Positions 63,440 through 64,000 of a stretch of DNA of 64,000 nucleotides are shown here, piece after piece. Origin of the DNA: Propionibacteriales bacterium (GTDB lineage Bacteria; Actinomycetota; Actinomycetes; Propionibacteriales; Nocardioidaceae); contig JBBPZV010000043.1 in NCBI GenBank assembly GCA_038198775.1, forward strand, positions 54,405-118,404. Reading direction: 5' to 3'. The number at the start of each line of letters is the position of its first letter. Within the stretch, counting starts at the first letter, position 1. The position numbers were made by a program, and so were the translations under genes. Below the pieces are notes generated by a model that was not told the DNA's origin, ran no database searches, and saw only the letters and a list, made by a program, of their open reading frames with translations.

Positions 63440-64000
63440 CCGACGCCGCGGCGGGCTCCCCTCCGGGGCGAGGGCCGATCTTCGTGGTGGGTTCGATGCG
63501 ATCCGGCTCGACCATGCTCCGGCTGATCCTCGACAGCCACCCGAACATCGCCATCGGAGCCGAGACCGGCTTCGTCGGGGCCCTGGAGGCGACCAAGGTC
63601 ATCCCGAACTGGCGCTACGGGGCCGAGTGGTACACCCGGATCGGCTGGACCGAGCCGGAGCTGGACCAGCGGCTGCGCGGCTTCTACGCGGGGATGTTCG
63701 AACGCTACGCCGCCTCCCAGGGCAAGCCGCGGTGGGGGGAGAAGACCCCCTTCCACACCTCACACATCCCGACGATGGCCAGGGTCTTCCCCGACGCCGT
63801 CTTCGTCGGGATCGTCCGCCACCCCGGTGGGGTGGCTGCGTCGCTGCGCAAGAACTTCAACTACACGTTCTCCGACGGGCTGTCCTACTGGGAGGCGACC
63901 AACCTCGAGATGGTGCGAGCGGCGAGCGAGCTGGGCTGCCGATTCACCCTCTGCCGCTACGAGGAGCTCGTCCAGGTAGGGCAGCCGGTGCTGCGCGAGC
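63436..64000 (+). CDS. Sulfotransferase (Sulfotransfer_3/Stf0-like), 5' part only because it runs off the window
   Basis: Translated by hand: MTDAAAGSPPGRGPIFVVGSMRSGSTMLRLILDSHPNIAIGAETGF...VRHPGGVAASL. ATGA overlap with the deacetylase stop. Not in the ORF track because there is no stop inside the window. Confidence 0.75.
   Translation, partial: MTDAAAGSPPGRGPIFVVGSMRSGSTMLRLILDSHPNIAIGAETGFVGALEATKVIPNWRYGAEWYTRIGWTEPELDQRLRGFYAGMFERYAASQGKPRWGEKTPFHTSHIPTMARVFPDAVFVGIVRHPGGVAASLRKNFNYTFSDGLSYWEATNLEMVRAASELGCRFTLCRYEELVQVGQPVLRE

Overview
Very GC-rich (roughly 70%, not computed), gene-dense DNA of actinobacterial type. I recognised no rRNA, tRNA, CRISPR array, transposase or integrase.

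(1) Palindrome, 1..19366. This stretch is a perfect palindrome with no spacer. Arm 1..9683 is the exact reverse complement of 9684..19366, and the axis lies between 9683 and 9684. Ten ordinary genes therefore appear twice as exact mirror copies: tetR, mscL, SAF, fmdB, dedA, PIG-L deacetylase, GT4, UPF0104 membrane protein, penicillin-acylase family and 5-formyl-THF cyclo-ligase. The left arm runs off the window edge. A fold-back assembly or library artefact, or read-through of a hairpin end, is the leading explanation.

(2) Repeated element. The palindrome axis sits exactly on the dyad of a 52-nt three-box intergenic element (box consensus CCRTTGGAAGYR at 20-bp phasing). The element recurs at 24551..24602 and 43683..43734.

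(3) 19.2-28.2 kb: TetR-MFS pair, DUF1206 protein, adenylate-cyclase/STAND-ATPase/TPR protein, sulfatase, cNMP-binding protein, YfcE phosphoesterase and a truncated glutamate-synthase-like remnant.

(4) 28.2-38.8 kb, the most unusual gene arrangement. One tightly packed minus-strand unit reads csoR-copZ-copA and runs directly into a complex-I-like membrane module (nuoA, a degenerate Cys-less NuoB/NuoD-like fusion, nuoH-J-K-L-M-N). The copA stop and nuoA start share a nucleotide. No NuoC, NuoE, NuoF, NuoG or NuoI genes are present.

(5) 38.8-46.6 kb: Rieske/DUF2231 protein, an S51-like peptidase / esterase / Ser-Thr kinase operon, a second esterase, topoisomerase IB, a PPOX-class protein and a ChaB/Rho_N protein.

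(6) 46.7-64 kb: a secreted-protein and polysaccharide locus. It holds a LamG protein, three small Ca-binding-repeat paralogs (one frameshifted at a homopolymer), a priming glycosylphosphotransferase behind an AT-rich island, an HprK-like / ATP-grasp / dTMP-kinase-like cassette, a flippase, GT2, GT4, a polysaccharide deacetylase and three sulfotransferase-like genes.

All functional calls come from motifs read by eye in the ORF translations. No database search was run.
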